Shown here piece by piece: positions 48,563 through 60,262 of a stretch of 64,000 bases of DNA. Under the pieces are notes generated by a model, which worked only from the letters and a program-made list of their open reading frames with translations, ran no database searches and was not told the origin of the DNA. Numbering within the stretch: the first letter of the stretch is position 1; every line of letters starts with the position of its first letter. The position numbers and the translations under genes were made by a program. Source of the DNA: an uncultured Verrucomicrobiae bacterium (lineage in GTDB: Bacteria > Verrucomicrobiota > Verrucomicrobiia > Chthoniobacterales > JAFAMB01); assembly GCA_963762565.1 (NCBI GenBank), contig CAVXLD010000007.1, forward strand, positions 256,001 to 320,000, in the 5' to 3' direction.

Positions 48563-49309
48563 TCAGTTCGGAGATAATAATGCCCGGTTATACTCCCAGT
48601 TCATACGAGCGATGTGCAAAACCGATATCTGTTGTGGGCATTCTACCTGACAGGCCTCGGTGTTGCTGCAATGACCAAAGCCTTCCTTATCGGTCTGAAC
48701 CACCATTTGCAGGACCCGCCGCCGTGCCTCTATCTGGCCCTGCGGCAACAAAGCAAGCTGAGTAACCTTAGCGGAAGTAAATAGCGCCGCACTGGAGTTC
48801 TTGCAGGTAGCAACACAGGCGCCACAGGCAATACAGGCAGCAGCATCAAAAGCCGCTTCAGCTACATCATGACGGATGGGAATGCTGTTGGCTTCCGGCG
48901 CTTCCCCGGTGCTAGCTGAAATGTAACCCCCAGCCTGAATAATGCGGTCAAACGCGCTGCGGTCTACTTTCAGATCGCACTTTATCGGGAATGGAGTTGC
49001 CCGGAACGGCTCTATATAAATCATGTCGCCGTCTTTAAAGGTCCGCATATGCAGCTGGCAGGTAGTGGTATTCGGAAGGGGACCGTGCGCTCGCCCATTA
49101 ATCATGACGCCGCATTGGCCACAAATGCCCTCCCGACAGTCGTGATCGAACTCCACGGGCCTTTGCTTCTGTTGGACAAGCTGCTCATTCAGCATGTCCA
49201 GCATTTCCAAGAAAGACATATCCGGGGTCACATTCTGCAGGCTATAATCTATTAGCCGGCCTGGCTTAACCTGACTCTCCTGTCGCCAAATTTTGAGCTG
49301 TATACGCAT
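48563..49309 (-). CDS. sdhB: Succinate dehydrogenase/fumarate reductase Fe-S subunit
   Basis: CREGICGQC, TTTCQL, CIACGACVATC and CSNTEACQVECP. Confidence 0.94.
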   Translation of the reverse strand: MRIQLKIWRQESQVKPGRLIDYSLQNVTPDMSFLEMLDMLNEQLVQQKQRPVEFDHDCREGICGQCGVMINGRAHGPLPNTTTCQLHMRTFKDGDMIYIEPFRATPFPIKCDLKVDRSAFDRIIQAGGYISASTGEAPEANSIPIRHDVAEAAFDAAACIACGACVATCKNSSAALFTSAKVTQLALLPQGQIEARRRVLQMVVQTDKEGFGHCSNTEACQVECPQQISVLHIARMNWEYNRALLSPN

Positions 49310-49323
49310 ATAGCTTAAGTCCG

Positions 49324-51234
49324 TTATTTGTAGCTTCTTACCGTCGGAGTTACATAATCGAAGCGTAGCGGTTCTTTGTGCCAGATCGGTTCCTGGCCGG
49401 CTCCGGCCCATTCCCAAGCGGAGGTAAATGCGAAATCCTGATCATTACGAATCGCTTCTCCGTCGGAGGTCTGATGTTCTTCGCGGAAATGGGCTCCGCA
49501 AGATTCTTCTCTGGTCAACGCGTCGTAACACATTAACTCGCCGACCTCGAGGTAGTCAGCCACCCGGCCGGCCTTTTCGAGCTCACTGTTCATGTCCGGC
49601 CCGCCCGGCACACACAGCTCACTGTAAAACTGATCGCGAAGCGTGCGAATACTGGCAATGGCCTCTTCCAGCCCCGCGCGGGCACGCGATAAACCGCATT
49701 TATCGTATAGTATCTTGCCCAAGGTCTTATGGAACTGATCGGCGGGCATCGATCCCTGAATGCCCAGCAACCTTTGCACTTGCTCCGCGGCCGCCTCTTC
49801 CGCTGCGGCAAAAGCAGGATGATTGACATCGACTGGTCCAGTCTTGATTTCGTTGGCCAGATAGTTAGGAATCGTATACGGGGCGACAAAGTAACCGTCG
49901 ACACAGGCCTGGAGCAATGAGTTAGCTCCTAACCGGTTGGCGCCGTGATCAGCAAAATTCGCTTCCCCAATGGCGTACAATCCGGAAATATTCGTCATGA
50001 GTTCGTAGTCCACCCACAGACCACCCATAGAAAAGTGGGCGGCTGGCGAAATGCGCATCGGTTCGGCGTAGGCGTCAATGCCGGTAATTTTTTGGTACAT
50101 GCGAAAAAGGTTGCCGTACTTTTCTTCTATTCTCTCTTTCCCCTGTTCGCGGATAGCTTTGGAAAGATCCAAATACACGGCATTCTTCAGCGGTCCTACT
50201 CCGTAGCCCGAGTCGATTCTTTCCTTGGCCGCACGTGAGGCAATATCGCGTGGGCAAAGGTTCCCAAAGGCGGGGTACCGGCGTTCCAGGTAATAGTCTC
50301 GTTCCGCATCCGGAATATGAACAGGCGCTCGCTGCTCCGCCTTGTCCTTGGGTACCCAAATCCGGCCATCATTTCGCAACGATTCGGACATGAGGGTCAA
50401 CTTGGATTGGTATTCACCGGACTGAGGAAGACTCGTCGGATGAATCTGTGTCCAACTCGGATTGGCAAAAAAAGCTCCACGCTTGTGGGCGCGCCAAATA
50501 GCAGACGCGTTACACCCCATCGCCAGTGTCGACAAATAATAGATCTTGCCGAATCCGCCAGTGGCCAGCACAACCGCGTGGGCGCCGTGGCGTTCTATGG
50601 CGCCGGTATCCATATTGCGCACGATAATACCGCGAGCTTTTCCTTCTATAATTACCAAGTCCAGCAGTTCGTGACGCGGAAAAAGTGTTACGCGACCGGC
50701 TGCCACCTGTCGCATCAGAGCCTGATAAGCTCCCAAGAGTAGTTGTTGGCCCGTTTGCCCTCTGGCATAAAAAGTCCGCGATACTTGCACCCCGCCAAAG
50801 GAGCGGTTGCTCAGATACCCACTGTACTCGCGGGCAAAGGGCACTCCCTGGGCCACAGCCTGGTCTATCAGTTGAGCGCTACATTCCGCCAACCGGTACA
50901 CATTGGCCTCCCGCGAACGGAAATCGCCGCCTTTGATGGTGTCATAGAACATGCGGAACACAGTGTCCCCATCATTCTTATAATTCTTGCAGGCGTTTAC
51001 ACCGCCCTGTGCGGCAACCGAGTGAGCACGTCTGGCTGTATCCTGAAAACAAAAACAAGTCACCTGATAACCCATCTCCCCTAAAGACGCTGCCAGAGAG
51101 CTACCAGAAAGACCCGTCCCTACTACAATTACCTTTAGTTGTTTACGGTTAGCCGGACTGACCAGGTTGGCGGTTGAACGATAGTGGCTCCACTTTTGCT
51201 CAAGTGGCCCATCCGGTATCTTTGCTTCCAACAT
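49324..51234 (-). CDS. sdhA: Succinate dehydrogenase/fumarate reductase flavoprotein
   Basis: [36 protein letters not shown] and [11 protein letters not shown]. Confidence 0.95.
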   Translation of the reverse strand: MLEAKIPDGPLEQKWSHYRSTANLVSPANRKQLKVIVVGTGLSGSSLAASLGEMGYQVTCFCFQDTARRAHSVAAQGGVNACKNYKNDGDTVFRMFYDTIKGGDFRSREANVYRLAECSAQLIDQAVAQGVPFAREYSGYLSNRSFGGVQVSRTFYARGQTGQQLLLGAYQALMRQVAAGRVTLFPRHELLDLVIIEGKARGIIVRNMDTGAIERHGAHAVVLATGGFGKIYYLSTLAMGCNASAIWRAHKRGAFFANPSWTQIHPTSLPQSGEYQSKLTLMSESLRNDGRIWVPKDKAEQRAPVHIPDAERDYYLERRYPAFGNLCPRDIASRAAKERIDSGYGVGPLKNAVYLDLSKAIREQGKERIEEKYGNLFRMYQKITGIDAYAEPMRISPAAHFSMGGLWVDYELMTNISGLYAIGEANFADHGANRLGANSLLQACVDGYFVAPYTIPNYLANEIKTGPVDVNHPAFAAAEEAAAEQVQRLLGIQGSMPADQFHKTLGKILYDKCGLSRARAGLEEAIASIRTLRDQFYSELCVPGGPDMNSELEKAGRVADYLEVGELMCYDALTREESCGAHFREEHQTSDGEAIRNDQDFAFTSAWEWAGAGQEPIWHKEPLRFDYVTPTVRSYK

Positions 51235-51236
51235 AA

Positions 51237-52016
51237 CTATGACCTGGTGAAATGAACGTATATCGGAATGAGAGCGAAACCGGCGCTAATGCCTATGCTA
51301 TATATCCACCCGACTACTCTTAACCACTTAACGTAACGAGGGTTATAGAGCCCCAGCGTTCGGGCGGCACTAAAAAAACCGTGCAGTAAGTGGTATCCAA
51401 GCGCTATCATGCACAGTACGTAGATCACCACATACCATCCTTGGCGGTATACCGTGACTACGAGAGTATAGAGGTCTTTCTGTCCGTCTTTGTCCAAAGG
51501 GACATGGCCAAACTGTAGTTGATACCAAAAGTCCCGTAAGTGGATGATGAGGAAAAACAGAATGACAGTGCCTAATAACCCCATCTTGCGAGAATACCAT
51601 TTGCTGCTTACAGCCCGGCGGTCGTACTCATAGCGTCTTCCATTGGATCGTCGATTTTGTATCGTGATAAGGAGTGCGTAGATGGCGTGGGCCAGTATGC
51701 TAGCAAACAGGACGTATGAAATGAGCTCGATAAAGATGTTTTCGGAGAGCAGCTTGGAATAAAAATTGAATTGCCACCGCGCCACTTCGGCGGGCAAGAG
51801 CAGCTGGAGGTTCCCGAATAGGTGTATAACCAGAAACAAGCACAGGAAGAAGCCCGTAAGCGCCATTAAATTCTTCCTGGATAAAGTATGCAATAACCAC
51901 CGTTGCCTATACTTGTGATCCTCTTGTGCCTTTCGCGTTTTGACGACGTCCGGGTTGCGCACCGGGCCATCTGAAAGTGCGACGCCTGGCTTGGGGTCTT
52001 CGTTGCCGTTGCTCAT
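51237..52016 (-). CDS. sdhC: Succinate dehydrogenase cytochrome b subunit (b558 family)
   Basis: [23 protein letters not shown]; His ligands in LAHA, IIHL and YHLLHGF. Confidence 0.92.
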   Translation of the reverse strand: MSNGNEDPKPGVALSDGPVRNPDVVKTRKAQEDHKYRQRWLLHTLSRKNLMALTGFFLCLFLVIHLFGNLQLLLPAEVARWQFNFYSKLLSENIFIELISYVLFASILAHAIYALLITIQNRRSNGRRYEYDRRAVSSKWYSRKMGLLGTVILFFLIIHLRDFWYQLQFGHVPLDKDGQKDLYTLVVTVYRQGWYVVIYVLCMIALGYHLLHGFFSAARTLGLYNPRYVKWLRVVGWIYSIGISAGFALIPIYVHFTRS

Positions 52017-52404
52017 AGCCTTTTCGTGAGGGACGTGACTTTCAGCTCCGATGTTAACCACTTTACAAATCGCGGGCAATTATTTTGAAACGCTGGCGAG
52101 TCGTGAAGCCGCGCTTCATCGTGAGTAATGAGGTCGGAGCAGTTCACTTAGCGGTCTCATTGCGTTCGAAACGCCCACGACTGCACTCCGGCAATCGCGA
52201 GGAAGCCTTGGCGCTGATGACGTTATCGAAAGGCATTCCTTGCCCTTGTTCATGAACTGGAGCAGTTGCGCATCAAAGGGCGTCGTTGAAATTGCCGGAA
52301 AATCGACGCAGGCATCAAGGAGCTCAGGGAAAAAAAGCGTTGGTCGCAGAGCTTCTGGTATGAGACAAGCATCGCAGCTAGAATATCACGCTAACCGATA
52401 GCGC

Positions 52405-54024
52405 GTGATGACAGCCTCCAATTGCCTCTCCGTCGAAAAACTCGCCCGTTGTTTTCCTTCACCCGAGGAGATCCCACCAGCATTTCGGGTGGGGACCTGC
52501 CGTGAGGAGCGACTTTACCTCCTCGACGGCCAAATCCGTCCCTGGGAAGGCACACTGGCCGAGGTGAGCTCGCCGATCTGCCTGCGCCAAGCCGACGGAA
52601 CCCTCCGGCGGCCAATCATCGGTCAGGTGCCAGCGATGGACGAGGAAACGGCGATGGCAGCGTTGAACGCCGCGGTCCGGGCTTGGGACTACGGCCGCGG
52701 CCCGTGGCCGACTATGAGTGTGGCATCGCGCATCGCGGCAGTGGAAACGTTCGCCGCCGAAATGTTCAGGGTGCGCGAGGAGGTTGTGAACCTGCTGATG
52801 TGGGAAGTCGGCAAGAGCTTTGACGACAGCAGCAAGGAATTTGACCGCACGTTTCAGTACATCCATAAGACCCTCGAGGCGCTTAAAGAAGTCGACCGTA
52901 CGAACTCCCGCTTCAACCTAGATGGGGGAGTGATCGCGCAAGTCCGGCGCGCGCCGCTTGGGGTCTGCCTTTCGATGGGGCCGTTCAATTACCCCTTAAA
53001 CGAAATGTATACGACACTGATCCCGGCGCTCATCATGGGCAACACGACGGTGGTGAAGCCGGCGAAATTCGGCGTGCTGCTGCATCAGCCCTTGTTGCGT
53101 GCCTTTGCGGCAAGCTTCCCGCCCGGCGTGGTCAATTTCATTTACGGCAGCGGCGCCAAGATTATCCCGGCGCTGATGAAAAGCGGGAAAGTGGACGTTC
53201 TTGCGCTCATCGGTTCGAGCCGGGCAGCCGATGCTCTGAAAAGAGAACATCCCCGGCCGCATCGACTTCGCAGCATCTTGGGCTTGGACGCCAAGAACCC
53301 TGCCCTGGTAATGGCTGACGCCGATCTTGACGTGGCAGTGCGAGAGGTCGTCGCCGGGGCGCTAAGTTTCAACGGTCAGCGTTGCACCGCCCTGAAGCTC
53401 ACTTTCGTTCACGCCTCGATCGTGGACGCCTTCCTTGAAAAACTGAGCCAAGCGGTCAACGCCCTCTCGATCGGCTTGCCCTGGGATCAAGACGTGAAGC
53501 TCACCCCGATGCCGGAATTTAATAAGGCCTCGACGATGCAGGCACTTGTAGACGACGCGGTGAGCAAGGGCGCGCGCGTCGTGAATGCGGGTGGAGGGAG
53601 CGCGTGTGAGACCCTTTACTTTCCCGCCGTGGTCTATCCCGTCCGGCCTGGTATGGAGCTCTACACTAAAGAACAGTTTGGACCTGTCGTTCCGGTTTGT
53701 GCTTACCAGGACGAGCAGGAATTCCTGGACTATGTGACTCAACCCAATTACGGCCAGCAGGTCAGCTTGTTCGGCCGCGACCCGGGCAAGTTTGTCAAAC
53801 TCATTGATCCCCTTGCAAACCAGGTCTGCAGGATCAACCTAAATACTCAGTGCCAACGGGGGCCGGATACGCTGCCTTTCACTGGTCGGAAAGACTCCGC
53901 AGAAGGGACGCTTTCTATCAGCGATGCCTTACGCTGCTTTTCCATCCGTTCGTTGGTCGCTGCCCAATCGAATCGTCCAAGCCTGAAAATCCTTGGAAAA
54001 CGGAGTACCCGAGTCATTATGTAG
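52405..54024 (+). CDS. gapN: NADP-dependent non-phosphorylating GAPDH (ALDH family); C-terminus looks aberrant
   Basis: GPFNYPLNE, LGLDAKN, SFNGQRCTALK, EQFGP and GRKDSAEGTLS. Confidence 0.85.
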   Translation: MMTASNCLSVEKLARCFPSPEEIPPAFRVGTCREERLYLLDGQIRPWEGTLAEVSSPICLRQADGTLRRPIIGQVPAMDEETAMAALNAAVRAWDYGRGPWPTMSVASRIAAVETFAAEMFRVREEVVNLLMWEVGKSFDDSSKEFDRTFQYIHKTLEALKEVDRTNSRFNLDGGVIAQVRRAPLGVCLSMGPFNYPLNEMYTTLIPALIMGNTTVVKPAKFGVLLHQPLLRAFAASFPPGVVNFIYGSGAKIIPALMKSGKVDVLALIGSSRAADALKREHPRPHRLRSILGLDAKNPALVMADADLDVAVREVVAGALSFNGQRCTALKLTFVHASIVDAFLEKLSQAVNALSIGLPWDQDVKLTPMPEFNKASTMQALVDDAVSKGARVVNAGGGSACETLYFPAVVYPVRPGMELYTKEQFGPVVPVCAYQDEQEFLDYVTQPNYGQQVSLFGRDPGKFVKLIDPLANQVCRINLNTQCQRGPDTLPFTGRKDSAEGTLSISDALRCFSIRSLVAAQSNRPSLKILGKRSTRVIM

Positions 54025-54064
54025 AGACTGGCGGGCGATTTACGGTTCGCTAACAGAAACGTTG

Positions 54065-55458
54065 ATGAAACGCATCGGTATCCTGACCGCGGGTGGTGAC
54101 ACGCCAGCGATGAACGCTACCATCCACGGGGCGGTCGTTCGGGCCAACCAGCTCAAGGTTGAGATCTTTGGCTTAATCAAAGGTTTTAATAGCCTCTTCA
54201 ACCCGAAGGTCCCCCACGTGCATCTTAATCCGCTTTTTCAGGGGATCCCGGAGCTTGATCCAACCCATGGCGGCACGATCATCGGTGCTTCACGTGATTT
54301 CGTAGATTCGGAAAAGAGGACGGAGCTGGACCTGGTGGCATCGCGCTTGGAGAACCTTGGGATTGAAGGACTCATTTGCGTCGGCGGCGACGGAACGCTT
54401 AATGGGCTGCAGCCCTTAGCAGAGCGCTTGCCTACGGTGCTCGCTCCGAAAACCATAGACAACGATCTGGGCTTAACTATCCGAATGAGCCGGACGAATG
54501 GATGCGAGTGCCCGACCCCAACGCCAAGAGCGGATTTCGTTATGAGCAAAGGGATTCGCAGACGGTTTTTGATCTAGAATATCTCGTAAATTACGTCACC
54601 CCGGGATACGCGACGGCCGTATTCGTATCGGTGGGCGGCGTCGAACGAATTCGCACCACGGCGGAAAGTCATCGGAGAATCGCGATCATTGAAGTGATGG
54701 GCCGGCACTCCGGTTATATCGCGCTGGGCTCAGCTTACGGCCGGCCGGATATCATCCTCGTGCCGGAACACCCATTGGACCTCGAACATCTGGTGGAACG
54801 GGTGAAACAGCTCTACGATCTACAAAAAAATGTCGTCATCATTTGCGGCGAAGGAATTGTGGACGAGCAGGGTCGAGAACTCGGAGCCGAGACCAAGACG
54901 ACTGACCCCGCTGGTAATATCGCACTCAGTGGCGCGGCAGAAGCTCTGCGACAGAGGTTCATCCAGATGATCGGTGATCGTTATTTTCAACTTTATCGTC
55001 GAGGCAATTCCGCCCGGGAAGCAATCTTCACGCGTAAAGTTGGCCATACCCAGCGTGGCGGACGACCGATTCTATTTGATCGCTTCTACGCTGCTCAGCT
55101 TGGCGCTAAGACGGTTGACCTCCTGCTGGAAGGTCACAACAATGCAGTAGCCGTTTTACAGTACGCCTCGAGCAAAGGCTTTTCTGTAGATGGATACGAC
55201 GCTAACCGGTTTCGCGATCGCTGGGGTCACATTCACGCGCGGCGTATGTATCCGAGGTTCTATGATCCTAAGCTAATGAAACCTTCGCGCGTCGGGATTG
55301 ATTATTTGCTACCGATCTTCACCGACGCCATCGGCGAAGACGACATGGAACACATGCGGAGCACTCTTTTTTCGCAGGGTAACCTAGCCCAGCCCTATCA
55401 CTCGATTAACACGGATATTAATAAGCGGATTCGGTACCTAGCGGCAGACGCGAACTGA
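54065..55458 (+). CDS. pfkA: 6-phosphofructokinase (one -1 frameshift near 54476)
   Basis: GILTAGGDTPAMN, GGDGT and PKTIDND | TAESH, EVMGR, IILVPE and GHTQRGG. Restoring one A in ttaactat joins the frames. Confidence 0.88.
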
Positions 55459-55518
55459 TCGTTTCCATCTCAAGGACTCTCGCTGCAGACAACGCAAATC
55501 GTTGGAGGTGGATGAAGG

Positions 55519-55675
55519 TTAGCGTTGGCAGAATGTCGGAAAGAAGCCCATGCAGTAACAGAACGGGGCAGCGGACGCGATCGTAGATCGACCATAAATC
55601 CACGTCCCGGTCAATGACGAGGAAGGCCTGGGCAATGGCAGGATCCCAGGCGAGACTGAATTTGTTGTTGGGCAT
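55519..55675 (-). pseudogene. Alpha/beta-hydrolase C-terminal fragment
   Basis: LAWDPAIAQAF..DVDLWSIYDRVRCPVLLLHGLLSDIL; no nucleophile elbow and no proper ends. Confidence 0.6.
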
Positions 55676-55921
55676 GGTTCGCGCGCCGAAACGCGCGCGA
55701 TGAGCGCCGTCATGTCGATTAGATATTGCGCATAGTTATTTACGCAAGAGAGACTCACGCTGCGGGCGCCCATCTGGTCGATCTCAAATTACTCTGCCTC
55801 CCGAGAATATCCCCGGGCAGCAGGAAAGGTCCTGTCAAAATAGGCTCGAAGAATTGTTACTCATACGTGAATTTGGATTTGCAGATCCGGTGCAGCTAGG
55901 GGCTACACACTCAGCTTTGAT

Positions 55922-57382
55922 TTATCCGCCGATCAAAGCACAAAGAAGTTCATCGAGTTTTACGGAAGCTATAATCGTTAACCTATCGCTAACCGCGTAA
56001 GGCAAAATCAGTTCCCCCCCATAGCTGAGTGCACCGCAGGTATAGATCACGTTCGGTACATAACCGTCCCGCTCGTCTTCTTCAGGCGCCAGGAGCGGCT
56101 CGCGCAATCGCCCGATTACCTTGGTCGGATCGGTCAGATCGAGTAAGACTGCGCCGATGCAATATTTGCGCATTGGGCCGACGCCGTGAGTGAGCAAGAG
56201 CCAGCCAGCCTCTGTCTAAATGGGTGAGCCGCAATTACCGATCTTGGATAATTGCCAGTTTTCCGATGGGCGCAGGAGTATCTGCGGGTCGTCCCAGAAA
56301 TGGGGATTGTCGGAGAACATGATGAAGAGGTTTTCATCGTCCTGGCGTGAAATCATCGCGTAGAGCCCGTCGATGCGTCGGGGAAAAAGCGCCATCCCCT
56401 TATTCTGGGCCGCTCGGCCATTCAGAGTAAGTACACGAAAATCCAGAAAATCCCGCGTTTTCATCAACTGGGGGAGAATAACGAGTCCGTTGTAGGCGGT
56501 ATAGGTGGCGTAGTAGAGCGCCGTTCCGTCGTCATCGACAAACCGGACAAAGCGGGTGTCTTCAATGCCATTGCTCTCATTAGAGGAAACTGGGAAAATA
56601 ACGCGCTCGCTCATCGCGAGGTCGGGTGAGAAGCGAAGTTCGTAATTACTCTCGGCCAACCAGCGTACGCATTCGAGGGTACGCTGTTCTTCGCGCCGGG
56701 TGACCGCCAAGCGGCGCCGTAAATGGAGTATAGTGCGGTCGAGTTCCCCGAGCGTGAAGGTCTCACCGAGCGATGCAAGTATGCTATCCGCGAAATCGGT
56801 CTCGAATCCCATCTCGTGCAGCTTGACGAGAAAGGTCGCTTTCTCATACGTCGGATTCGTCACAATCTCTGGCGGGTTGACAAAGCGCGTTACGTTCTCT
56901 GCGGAGATCTCACCAAGTGGACTGATCACACCCGTGCGGAACTCGATCGACGAGATATGGCCTTCCCCGATGGCACGTAGGCTCATGATAAAACGCAATG
57001 CGCCCGGTTCGAGACCTGACTGGTCCGGATGAGGCACGATAGAAGGATTCAAGAGCGCCGCAGATTCGAGTGCGTATTCCCCGCTGAAAAGCGCGCCAAT
57101 CAAGAGCCGGCGCGCTGTAGAGAGCGACCGATCGGTAAAGACATGTCCCTCGACCCGCCTGTAAATGCCCAGCAGCGACGAGTCCAGGTCACGGTGTCGG
57201 GCGCTAAATTCGCGGCGCAAGATCTCGAGTTCTCTTTCAGTCTCCTCTTCGCTCAGCGCGAGGGCGCGACCAATAACCTGAGTGAGACGTGAACGGTCTC
57301 CAGGAATGAACGGCAGGATCAACACGCGCGAACGGTCAGGCAAAAACCGCAACTCATGCCGCCGAAATTGAATCGAAGTCAT
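55922..57382 (-). pseudogene. GH130-family glycosidase/phosphorylase with an in-frame TAG
   Basis: EYALESAALLNPS, NGIEDTRFV, NKGMALFP, GNCGSPI*TEAGWLLLTHGVG and GYVPNVIYTCG; the TAG at 56216-56218 stands where Glu is expected. Confidence 0.85.
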
Positions 57383-57541
57383 GTGACGATGGGCGTTCGA
57401 GCTTAAATTAAATTCTGCACGAGCCTCATTTTTGCGTGGGCAAGATAAGAACGCGAGACTGATTTGTCTCACGAATTTTGCGCTCAGACTGGTATTTTCG
57501 ATGAGGGTAGCAATCAGGGCATCAAACAATCGCCTTTCCGA

Positions 57542-58930
57542 TTAGGTTGTGACGTTTCTGGAAAGCGTAGGATCGAATCTCTTCTGTAATGCCCTAATGA
57601 AATACTCACTTGGTGAAGGATGAACGGTGGCAACGTTAAGCAATTTTTGGATACTTGATCCGGTATAAAGAGCCATGCCGGTAACGTTTACAATCTCGGT
57701 CGCTCCAGGTCCAATAGCTAAGCAGCCAAGAAGTCGCTTACTCTCAGGTTGGTAGAGGAGTTTGATCAGGGTTTTCTCAGGTTCGATGACGCTCCTGTTA
57801 TTATCTGAGATCGTTTCTACTTCATCGATGATAGTTTCAATTGGTTCGTCAGGTTGGTAACGATCCATTTGCGTTATACCAACCGTAGCAATCAGTGGAT
57901 TTGTGTAGATCGATTTGGGGATAGCATACATGCTAAAGGTAGTCGGTTGATCCAGAATATTTTGGACTGCAACCCTGGCTTGAGTAAAGGCGACGCTGTC
58001 AAGCAGCGCTATACCATTAACGTCCCCTATAGCGAAAACGTTTGAAAACTCCTCACTACAAACCTGCATTTGATTGCTAACTTCGATAAATTTGTCGGCT
58101 TTAACACCGACATTCTCTAAGCCCAAGCCTTCGATATTGCCTCTGCGTCCGGTGGCCATCAGAATCAAGTCCGTGTCTCGGAGGATATTGTGTTGGTTAA
58201 ATGGTCGATTTACATGAATGGTGACACCGTCGTTTATCAGCTGTTCGGCTGCTTTTGCTCCGGCCAGCGGGTCCCATTCTGGCAGGATACGCTCCTTTTG
58301 TTCGATCAGAGTCACTTTGGAGCCTAGAGCTCGGTAAATAGAAGCGAATTCGATACCGATGTAACCGGCGCCGACGATCAGGAGATGGGTTGGGATTCCT
58401 TCGTGCTCGAGGAGCTGATCACTACTGAGGGTAATATGATCCAGCGTTGGCCGGTGACCTTCACCAAGTGCGATTGACAAAGTCTCGGGATAAATGGGCC
58501 TTGAACCAGTAGCGATGATGAAGTTTTCAGCGGTAAGGCTTTTCTGTTTGCCGGCAGGATCGGTGATTTGTATTTGATGGTTATCGATAAAGCTGGCGGC
58601 GCCGTACTCGACTCCGATTCCGGCTTCGGTGAGGTCTCGACTGAGCTGTGCTGTCAGCCTGCTGGTAACTCGGCGGCGTACACGGGACCAATCGGCCCAC
58701 CCTGTGTCGAAAAATTCGATTCCAATACCGAATTTTTCGCTTCTTTCGGCTGTTTTGGTAGCCGAGGCGCAGGCTTGCAGGGCCCTCATCGCGTAACATC
58801 CTCGGTGATAGCTGGTTCCTCCCAGCTGGTTTTTTTCGACAAGCAGGGTTTTGATGCCTGCTCTAGCTGCGAAAAGTGCGGCATCTTTGCCGGCGGCGCC
58901 TCCGCCGATGATAATCAAGTGATAGTCCAT
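57542..58930 (-). CDS. Flavoprotein disulfide reductase family (Lpd-like) lacking the first redox Cys
   Basis: IIIGGGAAG, GGTSYHRGC, ATGS, GAGYIG, AIGD and HPSPSE. Confidence 0.85.
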   Translation of the reverse strand: MDYHLIIIGGGAAGKDAALFAARAGIKTLLVEKNQLGGTSYHRGCYAMRALQACASATKTAERSEKFGIGIEFFDTGWADWSRVRRRVTSRLTAQLSRDLTEAGIGVEYGAASFIDNHQIQITDPAGKQKSLTAENFIIATGSRPIYPETLSIALGEGHRPTLDHITLSSDQLLEHEGIPTHLLIVGAGYIGIEFASIYRALGSKVTLIEQKERILPEWDPLAGAKAAEQLINDGVTIHVNRPFNQHNILRDTDLILMATGRRGNIEGLGLENVGVKADKFIEVSNQMQVCSEEFSNVFAIGDVNGIALLDSVAFTQARVAVQNILDQPTTFSMYAIPKSIYTNPLIATVGITQMDRYQPDEPIETIIDEVETISDNNRSVIEPEKTLIKLLYQPESKRLLGCLAIGPGATEIVNVTGMALYTGSSIQKLLNVATVHPSPSEYFIRALQKRFDPTLSRNVTT

Positions 58931-59075
58931 GGGGAGAGAGTTCCTTCTAGGAATCCTAGGATCTTTGATCCTGATGTCACGGAGAAAGGCCCAAAGAAGA
59001 AGGAAACGCGAAAAGTAGTGCCGTAACCGAGCCCAGTTCGGGTTTTCCGCATCACACTTTAGCGCCTTGCCCGAG

Positions 59076-59969
59076 CTATTTTAACATTTGGCGCGGCGAT
59101 TTCGATTCGCGATACGCAGAGGGAGATTGACCAACCACTTTCTGAAAAGTCCGATTGAAATGAGTCAGCGATTGGAATCCGACATCGTACGCGATTTCGC
59201 TGACCCTAAGATGAGGGTTGAGCAGGAGATTCTTAGCTCTTTCGACGCGCACCCGGCCGAGATATTCCGTAAACGTCAGGCCAGTTGACTTCTTGAACAT
59301 TTTACAAAAGTAAAAGGGGCTGACGTGCACCGCTTGGCTGACTGTGGCTAAGTCAATTGGGTCCGCCTGGTTGGCTAGAATGTAGGCTCGCGCACGACGA
59401 ATGAGAGGTGACTCTGCGTCTTCCTGCTGCAGCACGATCTGATTTGCCATCAGTGATAACTGCTTCGCGAACATCTCCAAGAGTTCCACCATTGCCGCGT
59501 ATCGCTGAGGAGCAAGGTAGCGCGAGTGATAGTAAGCATGTTCCAGTTTCTGCAAATCAACTGTTACACCCCAATCCAGGAGTTGCTTGGTAATCTTTCT
59601 AAACTGCGCCGCAGTATGCTTATGTAAGACCACTTGGCCAGTCTGCAGAAAACCGATAATCTTTTCTCCAGCCTGTACCGGAACGGCGCTTTCGCTGAAA
59701 CCGGTAAAGCAGCTAACTGTTCTGGCTTCTGTCCCAGGTATATCATCCATTTTCCTTTGCGCCTCTAAGAAAGCGGCGCACGTGCGATTGCTCTTAGCGA
59801 GGATCGCGCAAAACGGGTCTTCATGCCTTTTGCCTTCCAAGCCGAGCCTCCATCCCTCTACCGCTCTGAAGGCCATCGGGAGCCGCATTGACTCGGTAAA
59901 GGCGCTCTCGTAGTTTTTCTAGACCTTGGAGCCCGCGATCCGCTCGACGATTAGTGCGCTCCGGTTCAT
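59076..59969 (-). pseudogene. PocR-sensor AraC-family regulator with an in-frame TAG near the N-terminus
   Basis: MNRSALIVERIAGSKV*KNYESAF (TAG 59919-59921); FC..C..CFTG..GFLQTGQV; AraC HTH SEIAYDVGFQSLTHFNRTF. Confidence 0.8.
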
Positions 59970-60262
59970 AACATGCAGCTCCTGGTAAAGTTCACTTCGG
60001 TCTTCCTCCACATCCGGCTCACTGGTCATTTTGCAATTAGCCGTTACGAATCTCGTTGGGATTGATCAGTTTCTCTTATACTCTTAGCCACGAGTTACCG
60101 TTGTTTTTCAGTATGCCGGTCATGGGAGAGACCAGTCGACGGAAGCTTTGACAAGCCCGGAGGTTGGTCAAGATGTCGTTTCAATCCTCCAGAACCTTCG
60201 CCATTTGGAGAGATCCCTAACTTCGTTGGCAGCCCAAACCCTTGCGCAACCTGCGGGTCCTC

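Noticed and set aside
56216..59921. Two in-frame TAGs suggesting amber recoding
   Set aside because: They replace different expected residues (Glu and Tyr), and TAG serves as a normal stop elsewhere (14017, 14940, 46935).
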